From the IMG/VR virus record IMGVR_UViG_2974668611_000001, positions 16,618-80,617 of that record: 64,000 bases of DNA. The stretch is one strand, 5' to 3'. This document shows positions 19,412 through 28,410 of the stretch, piece after piece (positions within the stretch are counted from its first letter, which is position 1; every line of letters begins with the position of its first letter). The notes under the pieces are model-generated. The model ran no database searches, was not told the DNA's origin, and was given only the letters and a program-made list of their open reading frames with translations. The position numbers and the translations under genes are program-made. The stretch comes from a virus. Its lineage: Duplodnaviria; Caudoviricetes.

Positions 19412-21881
19412 ATTTGTCAAAACTTAGCTTTACTCTCCTACCATATCCGTTGATTAACATTATTGTTGTGCTAAAATTAGCGTCACGTCTTAGTCTAAAC
19501 GAGTCTTGTTGACGATAGCCAGTCACTGCTAGTTTGTTTCCTCTTTCTAGCCAACTATCAGACACACAGTGACGATTTTTTCCTTTACCAGCCATTTCTT
19601 TTTTGCCAACTTTAGAGTAGAGAGAACGTCCTAATGAAACAATCGCCAATCCATCTGGAGTTAATAGACTAACTGTTGATTTCATATTATTTTTAGCCAC
19701 AATAGTTCCGGCAATAATGTGATTCTCGTAAATTGAAAACTTACGACCATTTCGACTAGTCACTTCTTTGATGACTTTAGGTTCTGGTTCTAGGTCGTTG
19801 AATGATTGATAGTTTAGTATTGTACTTAACGATGATACTTCTAATTCATGTTTTTCAGGATAGAAGTTCAGCGCTTCAAAGGCCCAGTGTTCTGGATTCC
19901 CTTCACATTCCTTTAGCCATAATTCAGCACAGCGAGTCTTCCTTTCAATTTCAACTGCTTCTGGAGTTTTTAACCATTCTTTCAGTGGTTCTGAGAATGA
20001 ATTAAACCACTTATTGTAACGCTTTGTATCAATGTTAATGTTGTCACTATCAATGCTCCATAAGCTTCCCTCTGGTTTCTTTTTTAGTCCTTCCTCATAT
20101 TTTGTAATTAGAGGTTCAATGGTGTTAATGAACCAGCGCCCAATAGGGCTGTCAAGCTTAACGGTATTATCTTTAACGTGCTTCTTCATTAGATAAGCAT
20201 TCTTTTGTAATTCATATTCTTCTGGAATTTTCTTATCAATCTTATTAATCTGAACCGTAGTTAACTTTTGTTTCGGTTCCGTGACTTTAGAAATATAATC
20301 AATCATGAGCTTTCTGCGGTCATCATCAAAGCAATTAAGCGCTCCAGATTTAATTAAAAGAATCATCTTCTTGGTTGAAAAGACGTCTTTGTTCTTGTTC
20401 ATAAAGTCATCTAATGATTCATAAGGTCGATTGTCCATAATGCTCTCAATCTCGCTGATTCCAATACCAGAAATAGCGTTTAGGCCCAACAAAATATTTT
20501 TTGATTGTTTTGTAATCTTAGGGACAAATCCAATCTCACTACGATTAATATCTGGGTATGTTACTAGTCCTTTTGGTAATTGACCAATCGCTGTAGCTAA
20601 CTTATTGTAGTCTGGGTTTGACGTTTCATCTCCATATGTCTTTGCATTAACTGATAATACAGCAGTTTGCCAATAAATAGGGTCGAATCGCTTGCAGATA
20701 TTCATTTCAACCATTAACAATAATGTGTATGGCAAAGAGTGACTAACGGAAAACGCGTAACCTGACTGAATAGCAATTTGTTTATCCCAAATATATTTTG
20801 CAAACTCATCTCGTAATCCATATGTTTTAGCTTTCTTCAAGAAAAATACATGCTGTTCTTCTTGTTTCTTTTTATCTTTTTTAGCAATCGACTTACGCAA
20901 TTTGTTGGCTTCTTCTAACGAATAGCCAGCAATCTTTAACACCATTTGCATTAGCCGTTCCTGCGAGTTATTAACACCTTTATAATCATCAAGTAGTTCG
21001 TGCATTAATTGCTTCTCGTCGTTATTAAGTCCTGCACTATCCATATCCTTATCCCAATCATTAGGATTATTCTGATAGCGGATATATCTATCAAGCGCTA
21101 ATTCGTCATCATCACCACCAGTTAATCTCATAAGACCGTTGGCAGATACTAAGGCTAAGTAATCACGCGCGTTTAGCTTACGCAATGTCTTATAGCCAAC
21201 CGACGAACTAAATTCAAAGGCATCAATAACGTCTCCGTTGAAGAGCATTTTATACATATCAACGTTCGTCATATCAAGTGCTTCTGGGCCAAAATACTTC
21301 ATATAAGTGTCACGCAACGTGTCTTCTTTATTGATTCTGTCGTCTTTAATCAGCATGTCAATTGCTGAATGGATTTTATCCAATGCTGATAGTGATAAGA
21401 AATCAAACTTAATCATACCAGCATATTCAGAATCATCTGCGTCAAATTGAGTAACAGCGATTTGATGAGGTGTAACCATCATTGCATTGTGTTCTTCATA
21501 ACCATTATTGGCGATAAGAACGCCAGACGCGTGTTCACTACGGCCAACCACCAACCCAAACAATCCAAGAATTGTCTCTTTCATCTTTGGGTATTTATCG
21601 ACTTCTTCTAACAATTTATTAGATGGTTTACGACCATTTTTCTCGTTGCCAAGTAATGCGTCTGTGATAGGCCATTCGTCATGACCATCTGCTGGTAGTA
21701 AGCTAACAATATAATTAACTTCGTTATTATCAATACCTAAACCTCTACCAGCATATTTGATAGCTCCACGCGTTTTGATTGTGCTAAAGGTGGCAAAGTT
21801 AAGAACCTTATCATTACCGTAAATTTCTTTAATTTTGTCGATAATCTTTCCACGTTTGGTGCCTTCGGAATCTGTATCAAT
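19410..21881 (-). CDS. dnaE: DNA polymerase III alpha subunit, exon 2
   Basis: Starts IDTD; HASGVLI, KFDFLSL, GYAFSVSHS and GLNAISGIG motifs of DnaE. Confidence 0.93.
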   Translation of the reverse strand: MDTDSEGTKRGKIIDKIKEIYGNDKVLNFATFSTIKTRGAIKYAGRGLGIDNNEVNYIVSLLPADGHDEWPITDALLGNEKNGRKPSNKLLEEVDKYPKMKETILGLFGLVVGRSEHASGVLIANNGYEEHNAMMVTPHQIAVTQFDADDSEYAGMIKFDFLSLSALDKIHSAIDMLIKDDRINKEDTLRDTYMKYFGPEALDMTNVDMYKMLFNGDVIDAFEFSSSVGYKTLRKLNARDYLALVSANGLMRLTGGDDDELALDRYIRYQNNPNDWDKDMDSAGLNNDEKQLMHELLDDYKGVNNSQERLMQMVLKIAGYSLEEANKLRKSIAKKDKKKQEEQHVFFLKKAKTYGLRDEFAKYIWDKQIAIQSGYAFSVSHSLPYTLLLMVEMNICKRFDPIYWQTAVLSVNAKTYGDETSNPDYNKLATAIGQLPKGLVTYPDINRSEIGFVPKITKQSKNILLGLNAISGIGISEIESIMDNRPYESLDDFMNKNKDVFSTKKMILLIKSGALNCFDDDRRKLMIDYISKVTEPKQKLTTVQINKIDKKIPEEYELQKNAYLMKKHVKDNTVKLDSPIGRWFINTIEPLITKYEEGLKKKPEGSLWSIDSDNINIDTKRYNKWFNSFSEPLKEWLKTPEAVEIERKTRCAELWLKECEGNPEHWAFEALNFYPEKHELEVSSLSTILNYQSFNDLEPEPKVIKEVTSRNGRKFSIYENHIIAGTIVAKNNMKSTVSLLTPDGLAIVSLGRSLYSKVGKKEMAGKGKNRHCVSDSWLERGNKLAVTGYRQQDSFRLRRDANFSTTIMLINGYGRRVKLSFDK

Positions 21882-22891
21882 CACTCTTGTGTTACCACAA
21901 GGGCAGACTATATCTTCATCTGACTAATAGTCAGAGCCTAGCGCTTCCACATATGGCCCGCAAGCCATAGTGTACTCTACTAACTTCCACATATTAATGC
22001 GCGCTTTCGATAGTCGTTTCACATTTATTAATGTCGTGCGTATTGTTTGTAACTCCAGTTATCCAATACTTTATATTCTTTTTTAATATGATGGTTTCTG
22101 TTAATTGATGTGATGTCTTTTAGTTCTGTGTGAATCAGGTTTTCAGATACCCATTTTGACATATCTTTTAACAAATCAAACTTCATTTCAAATCCTTCTG
22201 GGCCAAACAGAATACATGAAGAAGCGGTTGGGTTTTTAACTCCCTCAAACGACCCCTGTTTCTTGGCTTTCTCTCTCGCCGCTTCTTTCATTTTACTGTC
22301 CCATTTGTGCCCATAGTTTGGATTGTCTTTTCCTTCGTAACGACCCACCATTTTGTCTGACATATGCTTTCGTTGTTCTTTGCTCCAATGGTTATTATAA
22401 TTGGGATTATTTTTTCCGCTAATTATAAGCTCTCTTGTTTTTAAAAACCCGTTTTGATAATACTTGTTCTGATAAACATATTCTGCCGTAAACAAGTTTT
22501 CGCTACGGTCACAAGATACATATAACCAAACAACTTCTACATTTTCTATGCCAATCATCTTGACATATTTTTTATACCTGTCATTCCTCTGGGTCTTAAA
22601 GTCATATGCTCTATTGTTGTTTACTCGTTGTTGTCCAACATAGAACACTCTTCCATCAATTTTGTTTACATGTGCGTATATTCCTCTCATAGTTTTCCTC
22701 CTATAAAAATATATACGCACGACATTAAATTTAGCACAGCGATTGCCCCTCATAGGGGTTTCCCTGTTAGCAAGAATATTAATCGACCATTTCCTGTCAA
22801 AATCCATTTTTGGATATTCTCACACCGATTGTTAATCGTTCACTAGGAATTATTTCGAGGTGTCGCCACCAAGCCAGACGTTAATAAGTTC
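21882..22891 (-). mobile_element. Group I intron in dnaE (1010 nt)
   Basis: P1 CCAGAU/GUCUGG with U.G at the 5' splice site; terminal G at 21882; P7 strands GACUA (~22011-22015) and AAGAUAUAGUC (~21906-21916); splicing restores YPD-IDTD in frame. Confidence 0.92.
22028..22690 (-). CDS. Intron-encoded GIY-YIG homing endonuclease with NUMOD3-like repeats
   Basis: MRGIY...FYVGQ; repeats GKNNPNY, GKDNPNYGHKW, GVKNP; RBS AGGAGG before ATG 22690. Confidence 0.88.
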   Translation of the reverse strand: MRGIYAHVNKIDGRVFYVGQQRVNNNRAYDFKTQRNDRYKKYVKMIGIENVEVVWLYVSCDRSENLFTAEYVYQNKYYQNGFLKTRELIISGKNNPNYNNHWSKEQRKHMSDKMVGRYEGKDNPNYGHKWDSKMKEAAREKAKKQGSFEGVKNPTASSCILFGPEGFEMKFDLLKDMSKWVSENLIHTELKDITSINRNHHIKKEYKVLDNWSYKQYARH

Positions 22892-24280
22892 ATCTGGATA
22901 ATTTGACGCCTTATTGTCTGTCACACGTTCGGCAGATAAGAAGCGATAATGTGGTAAATTGTATTTTAGAGCGTCAACTTGTGTTAAGCCAATCAAATAA
23001 TTTAATAGCCAGCATGAAGAACTACCACGGCCGGGGCCGACTAAGCTTTGAGTCCACATAATGTCAACAAAATCATGTTGAGCAACAAAATAAGAACTCA
23101 TTGGCTGACCAATATTTTCAGTAATTTTTACAAGTTCACCAACTTCTAGGTCAAGTCGTTTTAAATAATCATTATTATCTTTAAGGCCGTGTTTTTTAAG
23201 TCCATCTAAAGCCAGTTTCATTAAATAACTATCAGTCTTGTTACTACTCTCAACCATCTTTTTGATATTAGGTAAATCTTCACCGTGGTAAAAGTCAGCA
23301 TAAGATGGGGTTGAGAACTCAGGAATACGTCCTTGTGGTACAATTGGTTCGTGTTCTAATGTGTAGTCCTGAACTCTGTCAAAAATCGTATGCAGTGTTG
23401 TAAATGCTTTTGTCAGTGTGTCGTCATCAAAGAACTCAAATAATTCTTCTACGCTAAATAAATGAGCTGTATCATAAGCCGTTAAATCTCTATCTTGATT
23501 ACGGGATAGTAATAAAGCATTGTGTACTGGACGCTGAGCTTCATTTAAATAGTGAGCGTCTGTCGTAATAATGTACGGAATACCAATTGATTCGCTAATC
23601 TTTTTAAGCCAATTGTTTACGATAATCTGTTCTTCATGGTGGCTAGGCATTAATTCTAAAAAGACATTCTCTTTCCCAAAAACATTGACCATCCACTTAA
23701 TCATGCCTTTTACTTTTTCAAAATGTGAATTATCGTTATCTTCGTTGTATGACAGAATTTCCTGTGCCACATAACCACCAAGACAAGCCGTACTAGCAAT
23801 GACATGCCCCTTATAATTGCCATCTTCCATTAGCTTTTGAATCTCTCCATAGAAGCTAGGAACTCGTTCCATGTGGCGATAGGTGTGATAATGAGACCAT
23901 GCTAATGATGATTGTTTCTGTAAAAACTCATGTCCCTTCTTATCAAGAGCATTAATAAGAAAATGATTGAACTTGAACCGTTCTCCTTTTTCTTCTGCTT
24001 CTTCCATATCGCTCTTTTTGACTAAGTAAATTTCATTACCCAAAACAAGCTTAATGTTCTTGAACCTATCTCGATTGCTATGGTAATATTTTTCTGCTTT
24101 AATGTGGTCTGAAAGTGCTTCATGACCAGTAAACGAAACTGCCTTCAATCCAATCTCATTGCTATAATCAAGCATTTCCTTAACGGTAATTGAGCTATCT
24201 AATAGACGCAGGTTGCTTGATAAATCCGTATGCCCGTGAAGATTGCCATACCCATATTTAATTAATTCACTTTTATTCAT
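22892..24280 (-). CDS. dnaE: DNA polymerase III alpha subunit, exon 1 (PHP domain)
   Basis: LHGHTD, GHE, GNEIY, TACLGG, TTDAHY and GPGRGS motifs. Confidence 0.93.
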
Positions 24281-24342
24281 TATTTTTCCTCCTCTATATT
24301 ACTATAATAACATAATCAAACGAATATCTCAATCTAAATAAT

Positions 24343-24368
24343 AAAAAACGACCGTTTGCAGACGGCCG
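24343..24368 (-). terminator. Intrinsic terminator
   Basis: Minus strand CGGCCGT-CTGCAA-ACGGTCG followed by a T run. Confidence 0.6.
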
Positions 24369-24407
24369 AAAGACTAGATATATAATTTAATTAATTAAGT
24401 AGCAACG

Positions 24408-24737
24408 CTACTTAACGTACATTAGACAAATAGGGTCAAGATATTTTAGATGAACGTCGCCATTTTTATCGACCTCTAAGTTTTTATAAATCGTTCCCAT
24501 ATAAACGAATCCATCATTCAAATTGCTAACAATTAAGGTATCAGAAGATGTTTGTGAGTCATCATCAATAACATTTTCTTTTAGTAATCTATCTCTGGTA
24601 TTCTTTGACATAACCAGTTGTTCGTCACTTGAATATAAAAATCCACCATTATTAAGGTCTACAAAATAAAAGTCAACCGGCGCTTCTTGAAGCGCCAGAG
24701 AAATTTTATTGTTTAAATACAGATTATCCTTTAACAT
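24408..24737 (-). CDS. Hypothetical protein
   Basis: RBS AGGAG; coupled to the upstream stop. Confidence 0.65.
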   Translation of the reverse strand: MLKDNLYLNNKISLALQEAPVDFYFVDLNNGGFLYSSDEQLVMSKNTRDRLLKENVIDDDSQTSSDTLIVSNLNDGFVYMGTIYKNLEVDKNGDVHLKYLDPICLMYVK

Positions 24738-25054
24738 TATAGTCCTCCTAGCTTCTTCATATGCTCGTCTACAATATGACTAATTTCATTATCATTAAAT
24801 CCCGTTGCTTGCAGAATTGCATATACTGCCAACAAGTCCTTCTCAGCAAATGAGCGTACAGGAGTTTCACTACCAGCTACGCTATAACCATATCCTAAAT
24901 CAACTGCGATTGCAGAGAACTTAGGCGATGAGTAAAACGTCGCAAAGCTTTCACCATCGATAGAGCCATGATTGCCATGTGCATGATTCCATCTGCTCCG
25001 TGGGTAATCTCCTCTAAAAACAGAAAAATAACGCTTATATTTACTGTTTTTCAT
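24737..25054 (-). CDS. Hypothetical protein (likely start MKNSKY)
   Basis: ORF 24737..25165; internal ATG overlaps the end of the upstream gene. Confidence 0.55.
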   Translation of the reverse strand: MKNSKYKRYFSVFRGDYPRSRWNHAHGNHGSIDGESFATFYSSPKFSAIAVDLGYGYSVAGSETPVRSFAEKDLLAVYAILQATGFNDNEISHIVDEHMKKLGGL

Positions 25055-25367
25055 TGCTGTTTTTCTTTGGTGTGACGTCTGTTTCAAAATATTGTTGTGC
25101 TTCTTCAACCTTATCAACCCCATCTTCAAAAATCTTATCGTACTCGTCGATATATTCTCTGACACTTTTTACTTTCTTGTCATTCTTAGCAACTACATTC
25201 TTTGCATAATATCTCAGTGCATGTGCCAATCCGCCATGATATGTTCTGTCGATATGAATCTTTGAACTGCTCTTTGACTTAGTACGATGTTCAAGAATGA
25301 CTCCAGAGGACGAGTGTTCATTGTTTACAATCCACCATGACGTACTCAGCTTAATTTCTAAACTCAT
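25041..25367 (-). CDS. Hypothetical protein
   Basis: RBS AAGGA; operon context. Confidence 0.6.
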   Translation of the reverse strand: MSLEIKLSTSWWIVNNEHSSSGVILEHRTKSKSSSKIHIDRTYHGGLAHALRYYAKNVVAKNDKKVKSVREYIDEYDKIFEDGVDKVEEAQQYFETDVTPKKNSNEKQ

Positions 25368-25381
25368 TATGTTTTCCTTTC

Positions 25382-25591
25382 TTATCCAGCAATATCTGAT
25401 AAAAATTCAGACAACGAATAACCCTTACTTAAATGATAGTCTGTTGCCTTTCCGATTATTGGAGCTGTTATCTTTAAAATGCAATAAGGAATTACAATAA
25501 GGATACAGAACGTTCCTTTTAGTAAATACCATAGTGCAATATCAATTAATAAAAGTGTTAATCCTAACATTTTAATTATAGCGTTAACCAT
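25382..25591 (-). CDS. Small membrane protein
   Basis: Hydrophobic ORF; RBS AGGAGG. Confidence 0.6.
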   Translation of the reverse strand: MVNAIIKMLGLTLLLIDIALWYLLKGTFCILIVIPYCILKITAPIIGKATDYHLSKGYSLSEFLSDIAG

Positions 25592-25619
25592 TCTAAGCCC
25601 TCCTTCTGTGTAAATAAAA

Positions 25620-25691
25620 TGTGTCTTGACAGAGTCGAACTGTCATTCCATGATTAGGAGTCATGTGTCTTATCCATTAGACTAAAGACAC
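25620..25691 (-). tRNA. tRNA-Arg(CCT)
   Basis: Acceptor GTGTCTT/AAGACAC; anticodon arm CATGA-CTCCTAA-TCATG; T loop TTCGACT; no encoded CCA. Confidence 0.88.
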
Positions 25692-25695
25692 GTTA

Positions 25696-25778
25696 TGCGG
25701 GACCCTGTAGTCGAACCAGCGCTTTCGGGCCAGTTTTACTGTGCGCACCCCGATAGACTACCGTTATCTTAATCCCGC
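25696..25778 (-). ncRNA. tRNA-like RNA with 19-nt expanded anticodon loop
   Basis: Acceptor GCGGGAT/GTCCCGC; D arm AGAT/GTCT; stem TCGGG/CCCGA enclosing GTGCGCACAGTAAAACTGG; imperfect T stem with TTCGACT loop. Confidence 0.65.
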
Positions 25779-25780
25779 TA

Positions 25781-25889
25781 TGTGCTTGGTAGGGATTTGC
25801 ACCCTACATGATTGCCCGGATTAATCGACAGCTCCGTCAAGCTTAATCAGGTATTGCCTTCTTGCGTTTACCTATTCCGCCACAAGCAC
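25781..25889 (-). ncRNA. tRNA-like RNA (Leu-type D arm; long hairpin in place of anticodon/variable arms)
   Basis: Acceptor GTGCTTG/CAAGCAC; GCGGAATAGGTAAACGC; T arm GTAGGG-TGCAAAT-CCCTAC. Confidence 0.65.
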
Positions 25890-25904
25890 ACCATTACATT
25901 ACCA

Positions 25905-25978
25905 TGCGTCCTGTCGGGTACGGTCCGACAACCTACGGATTAGAAATCCGTTGCTCTATCCAGTTGAGCTAAGGACGC
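25905..25978 (-). tRNA. tRNA-Arg(TCT) with non-canonical T loop
   Basis: Acceptor GCGTCCT/AGGACGC; ACGGA-TTTCTAA-TCCGT; T arm GTCGG-ACCGTAC-CCGAC. Confidence 0.8.
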
Positions 25979-26051
25979 TTAAAGTGAGAGTAACCGTCTC
26001 TCACAAGAAGTGCTAATTGAAAGTTTCTATCAAGTTTAACCTTACATATAA

Positions 26052-26081
26052 TATGTTATCATACTATTTTGTAAATGTCAA
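26052..26081 (-). promoter_or_regulatory. SigmaA promoter of the tRNA cluster
   Basis: TTGACA-17 nt (TG extension)-TAACAT on the minus strand. Confidence 0.55.
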
Positions 26082-26342
26082 CTATTCTCTCAAAATATCA
26101 TAAATTAAATTGTCACCAATAGTTTCATTGCCACTCATTTCTCTAACATCAACTGTACTTTTCTGAAGTTTACCAGAATCTGCCAGTCCGTCGTATTTCC
26201 TTTTGTCAGCACCAAACAAATCATTGTAAGATTCTTGTATAATTGCTTCTTTTGGGGTTTTGGCTTCCACTACGCTGTATTTTGTGTATACCACCACTTC
26301 ATCTGTGTCTTCATATTCATCTACCAATAAGTATTTCTTCAT
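26082..26342 (-). CDS. Hypothetical protein
   Basis: ORF with RBS GGAG. Confidence 0.6.
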   Translation of the reverse strand: MKKYLLVDEYEDTDEVVVYTKYSVVEAKTPKEAIIQESYNDLFGADKRKYDGLADSGKLQKSTVDVREMSGNETIGDNLIYDILRE

Positions 26343-26347
26343 TTTTT

Positions 26348-26647
26348 TTACTTCTCCTCTTCATAAGATGAATTAAAATCATAATCTGTAATCACTCGTC
26401 GTGGTAAAATAGGTAATTCTTTATCTTTCACAATCCAATCACCAATATTTATCTTTTGATTACCATTAACAGACGTTAAATAAAATTCATCATCTTCCCG
26501 AACATTAAGGTCTCTACCATATGGGTTCTTTGCATGTACAGAAAACCCTTTTGCCTTTTTGTAAATCCAATATTTATCACACATTTCTTTACTGCCGTCA
26601 AATTGTTCTGCAATTACGGTTCCTTTTTGCCGATACGTTTTCTTCAT
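26348..26647 (-). CDS. Phage protein, YRxxxxxxAEQFDGS...GDWIV family
   Basis: Shares its N-terminal motif with 55231..55737; RBS GGAGG. Confidence 0.65.
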   Translation of the reverse strand: MKKTYRQKGTVIAEQFDGSKEMCDKYWIYKKAKGFSVHAKNPYGRDLNVREDDEFYLTSVNGNQKINIGDWIVKDKELPILPRRVITDYDFNSSYEEEK

Positions 26648-26722
26648 AATATGTCCTCCAATAAATTAAACAATAATAATGTTGTTAACAACGTATTTAT
26701 ACCAAAAGAATTTTATAACTCT

Positions 26723-27304
26723 TTAATAAGCATAATAGTCTTTTTCGTAACGATTGTCAACTCTAAATTTATTAATAAATCCAATTTTTACTTTTTTATA
26801 GTTAATCTGTTTCTTAGAATTAAAAGTTATCTTGCCTTTAGTCCAACTAGAGACATAGCTAATCTCATAGTGTGCAGGTTCATGATTCGTTTGAATCTCC
26901 GTGCCTACTTTAAATAGTTTAATTTTTGAATTAAATTTACTGTCAAAAATGTCTGGAAACAAGTGTTGCATTAAATCTTTGTCTGCAATATTTTCATTTT
27001 TATAAGCAACACCGTTAACATCTCCATCTTCACAATTAGCCATTGTACCGTCAGATAAGCTTATCTCCGTTAATTTAATAATCCTTTTATACTTATATTC
27101 GTTAGATGTCCTCAATCCTGTAATATAAGCATAGCTATTCTTCGCCGGCACATACTTTTGAGATACAACAGTTGCTACAGAATTCTCATACGTTTCATTC
27201 TTATCATGAATGAAGTTAATCATAAGCCCTAACAATACCGTAAGTAATACAGAAACAATTACAATTAACACAGATTTCATGGTAATGTTCTTAATCTTTT
27301 TCAT
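26723..27304 (-). CDS. Membrane-anchored hypothetical protein
   Basis: N-terminal TM helix; RBS AGGAGG. Confidence 0.65.
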   Translation of the reverse strand: MKKIKNITMKSVLIVIVSVLLTVLLGLMINFIHDKNETYENSVATVVSQKYVPAKNSYAYITGLRTSNEYKYKRIIKLTEISLSDGTMANCEDGDVNGVAYKNENIADKDLMQHLFPDIFDSKFNSKIKLFKVGTEIQTNHEPAHYEISYVSSWTKGKITFNSKKQINYKKVKIGFINKFRVDNRYEKDYYAY

Positions 27305-27455
27305 CTTTTACGTTATCCTCCTTTTGTATATTTGTTTGATTATTGTCGCTTCCGATGATAATTAAACTGACATTCGGGTTTATCCCGGTTATATTCTCTG
27401 CGTACACAAAATCTCCTCGCTTATATATTCTTAACTTCTTATTATTTTCTCTCAT
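27291..27455 (-). CDS. Small hypothetical protein (54 aa, absent from the ORF track)
   Basis: MRENNKKLRIYKRGDFVYAEN...; GAGG upstream; overlaps the next start. Confidence 0.4.
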   Translation of the reverse strand: MRENNKKLRIYKRGDFVYAENITGINPNVSLIIIGSDNNQTNIQKEDNVKDEKD

Positions 27456-27576
27456 TCATACGCCTCGGTTAATCTACCGTAAAATACTCATTTTATTTCC
27501 GTTTTTTGACCACGCTAACGCCACAATACCATAATGGTACTCATACGTCAATCCTAAACAATTTTATCCCGTCCCA

Positions 27577-27635
27577 GGTATAATTAGTCTAAGATTATTT
27601 TAAAACGTCTCTAACAAGCTCTCACGGGATTATTT
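27577..27635 (-). repeat. Spaced motif AAATAATCCCGTGA-N11-AGACGTT-N17-TAAT-N4-CC, copy 1
   Basis: Same blocks and spacings as 58363..58421 on the + strand. Confidence 0.6.
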
Positions 27636-27659
27636 TTTCTTGGTAGCTGTTTTTTTCTT

Positions 27660-27965
27660 CTAAAATGGATACGAAAGGTCTTCATCACCGTCAAGGCTAA
27701 TTTCGCATACATTGTCATCTAGTGAGATGTCATATCCTAAATCACTAAAGTATTTTTCAATCGCAATAGTTCTTTCCTGATTAGTGTTAAACAAAAACGC
27801 TACATAAACGTATGTCTCACCTCTTGCAACAGCTTTCTCAATCTTTCCTTTAATAATATTGGCTTTTCTATCTTTATCAATATTCTTTAAGTAATACTCC
27901 ACACGCTCTTGTTTATTATTTTTGCTAATTGACAATGCTTTTTCAGCGCTCATAAACTTGGTCAT
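27660..27965 (-). CDS. Hypothetical protein
   Basis: Coupled ORF. Confidence 0.6.
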   Translation of the reverse strand: MTKFMSAEKALSISKNNKQERVEYYLKNIDKDRKANIIKGKIEKAVARGETYVYVAFLFNTNQERTIAIEKYFSDLGYDISLDDNVCEISLDGDEDLSYPF

Positions 27966-28324
27966 TATTCACTGCTCCAATCAATATTAACGTAAATATC
28001 TTTAAAATAGCCTTCTTTATCTCCTAACGGGTCTGCTGGTAGTGGGTTAATGTGTGTTTCAATTTCAAACCTCAAATTCTCGCGTTTAAAATTTGAGGCA
28101 TAAAGAAGTTGATTTTCAGAAATGTCTTTTAACATCTTTGCTTGATTGTCATATAAATCTGCCTTATTATTAAACAATCTCCCGTGAATATCTAAACAAT
28201 AATGCCCACTAATTGCAGAATCTTTCATAGCATTAACTAGCCTATCCCAGTATTCTGGTTTCTTCTTTCTTTCAATCGCCTTTTCAGTTGTCTCTTGAAG
28301 TTCTGTAAACAAATCCTTTTCCAA
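27965..28324 (-). CDS. Hypothetical protein
   Basis: TTG start; RBS AGGAG; upstream TTGACA promoter. Confidence 0.6.
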   Translation of the reverse strand: MEKDLFTELQETTEKAIERKKKPEYWDRLVNAMKDSAISGHYCLDIHGRLFNNKADLYDNQAKMLKDISENQLLYASNFKRENLRFEIETHINPLPADPLGDKEGYFKDIYVNIDWSSE

Positions 28325-28375
28325 TTAAATCATCTCCTTAAAACAATAGTATCATATTTTAAATTCTGTGTCAAC

Positions 28376-28405
28376 AAAAAAAGAGACATACTAATGTATG
28401 TCTCT
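28376..28405 (-). terminator. Intrinsic terminator
   Basis: AGAGACATAC-loop-GTATGTCTCT followed by a T run on the minus strand. Confidence 0.7.
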
Positions 28406-28410
28406 CAATT

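Noticed and set aside
22691-22807. N-terminal extension of the GIY-YIG ORF in the track
   Set aside because: A strong RBS precedes ATG 22690; the extension is intron RNA
21882-24280. Split dnaE interpreted as a pseudogene, intein or two-subunit enzyme
   Set aside because: Group I intron hallmarks and exact restoration of PDIDTD; no intein Cys/His-Asn ends
27291-27455. YKRGDFVYA as a second mazF fragment
   Set aside because: Resemblance is limited to a few residues; no RP catalytic motif
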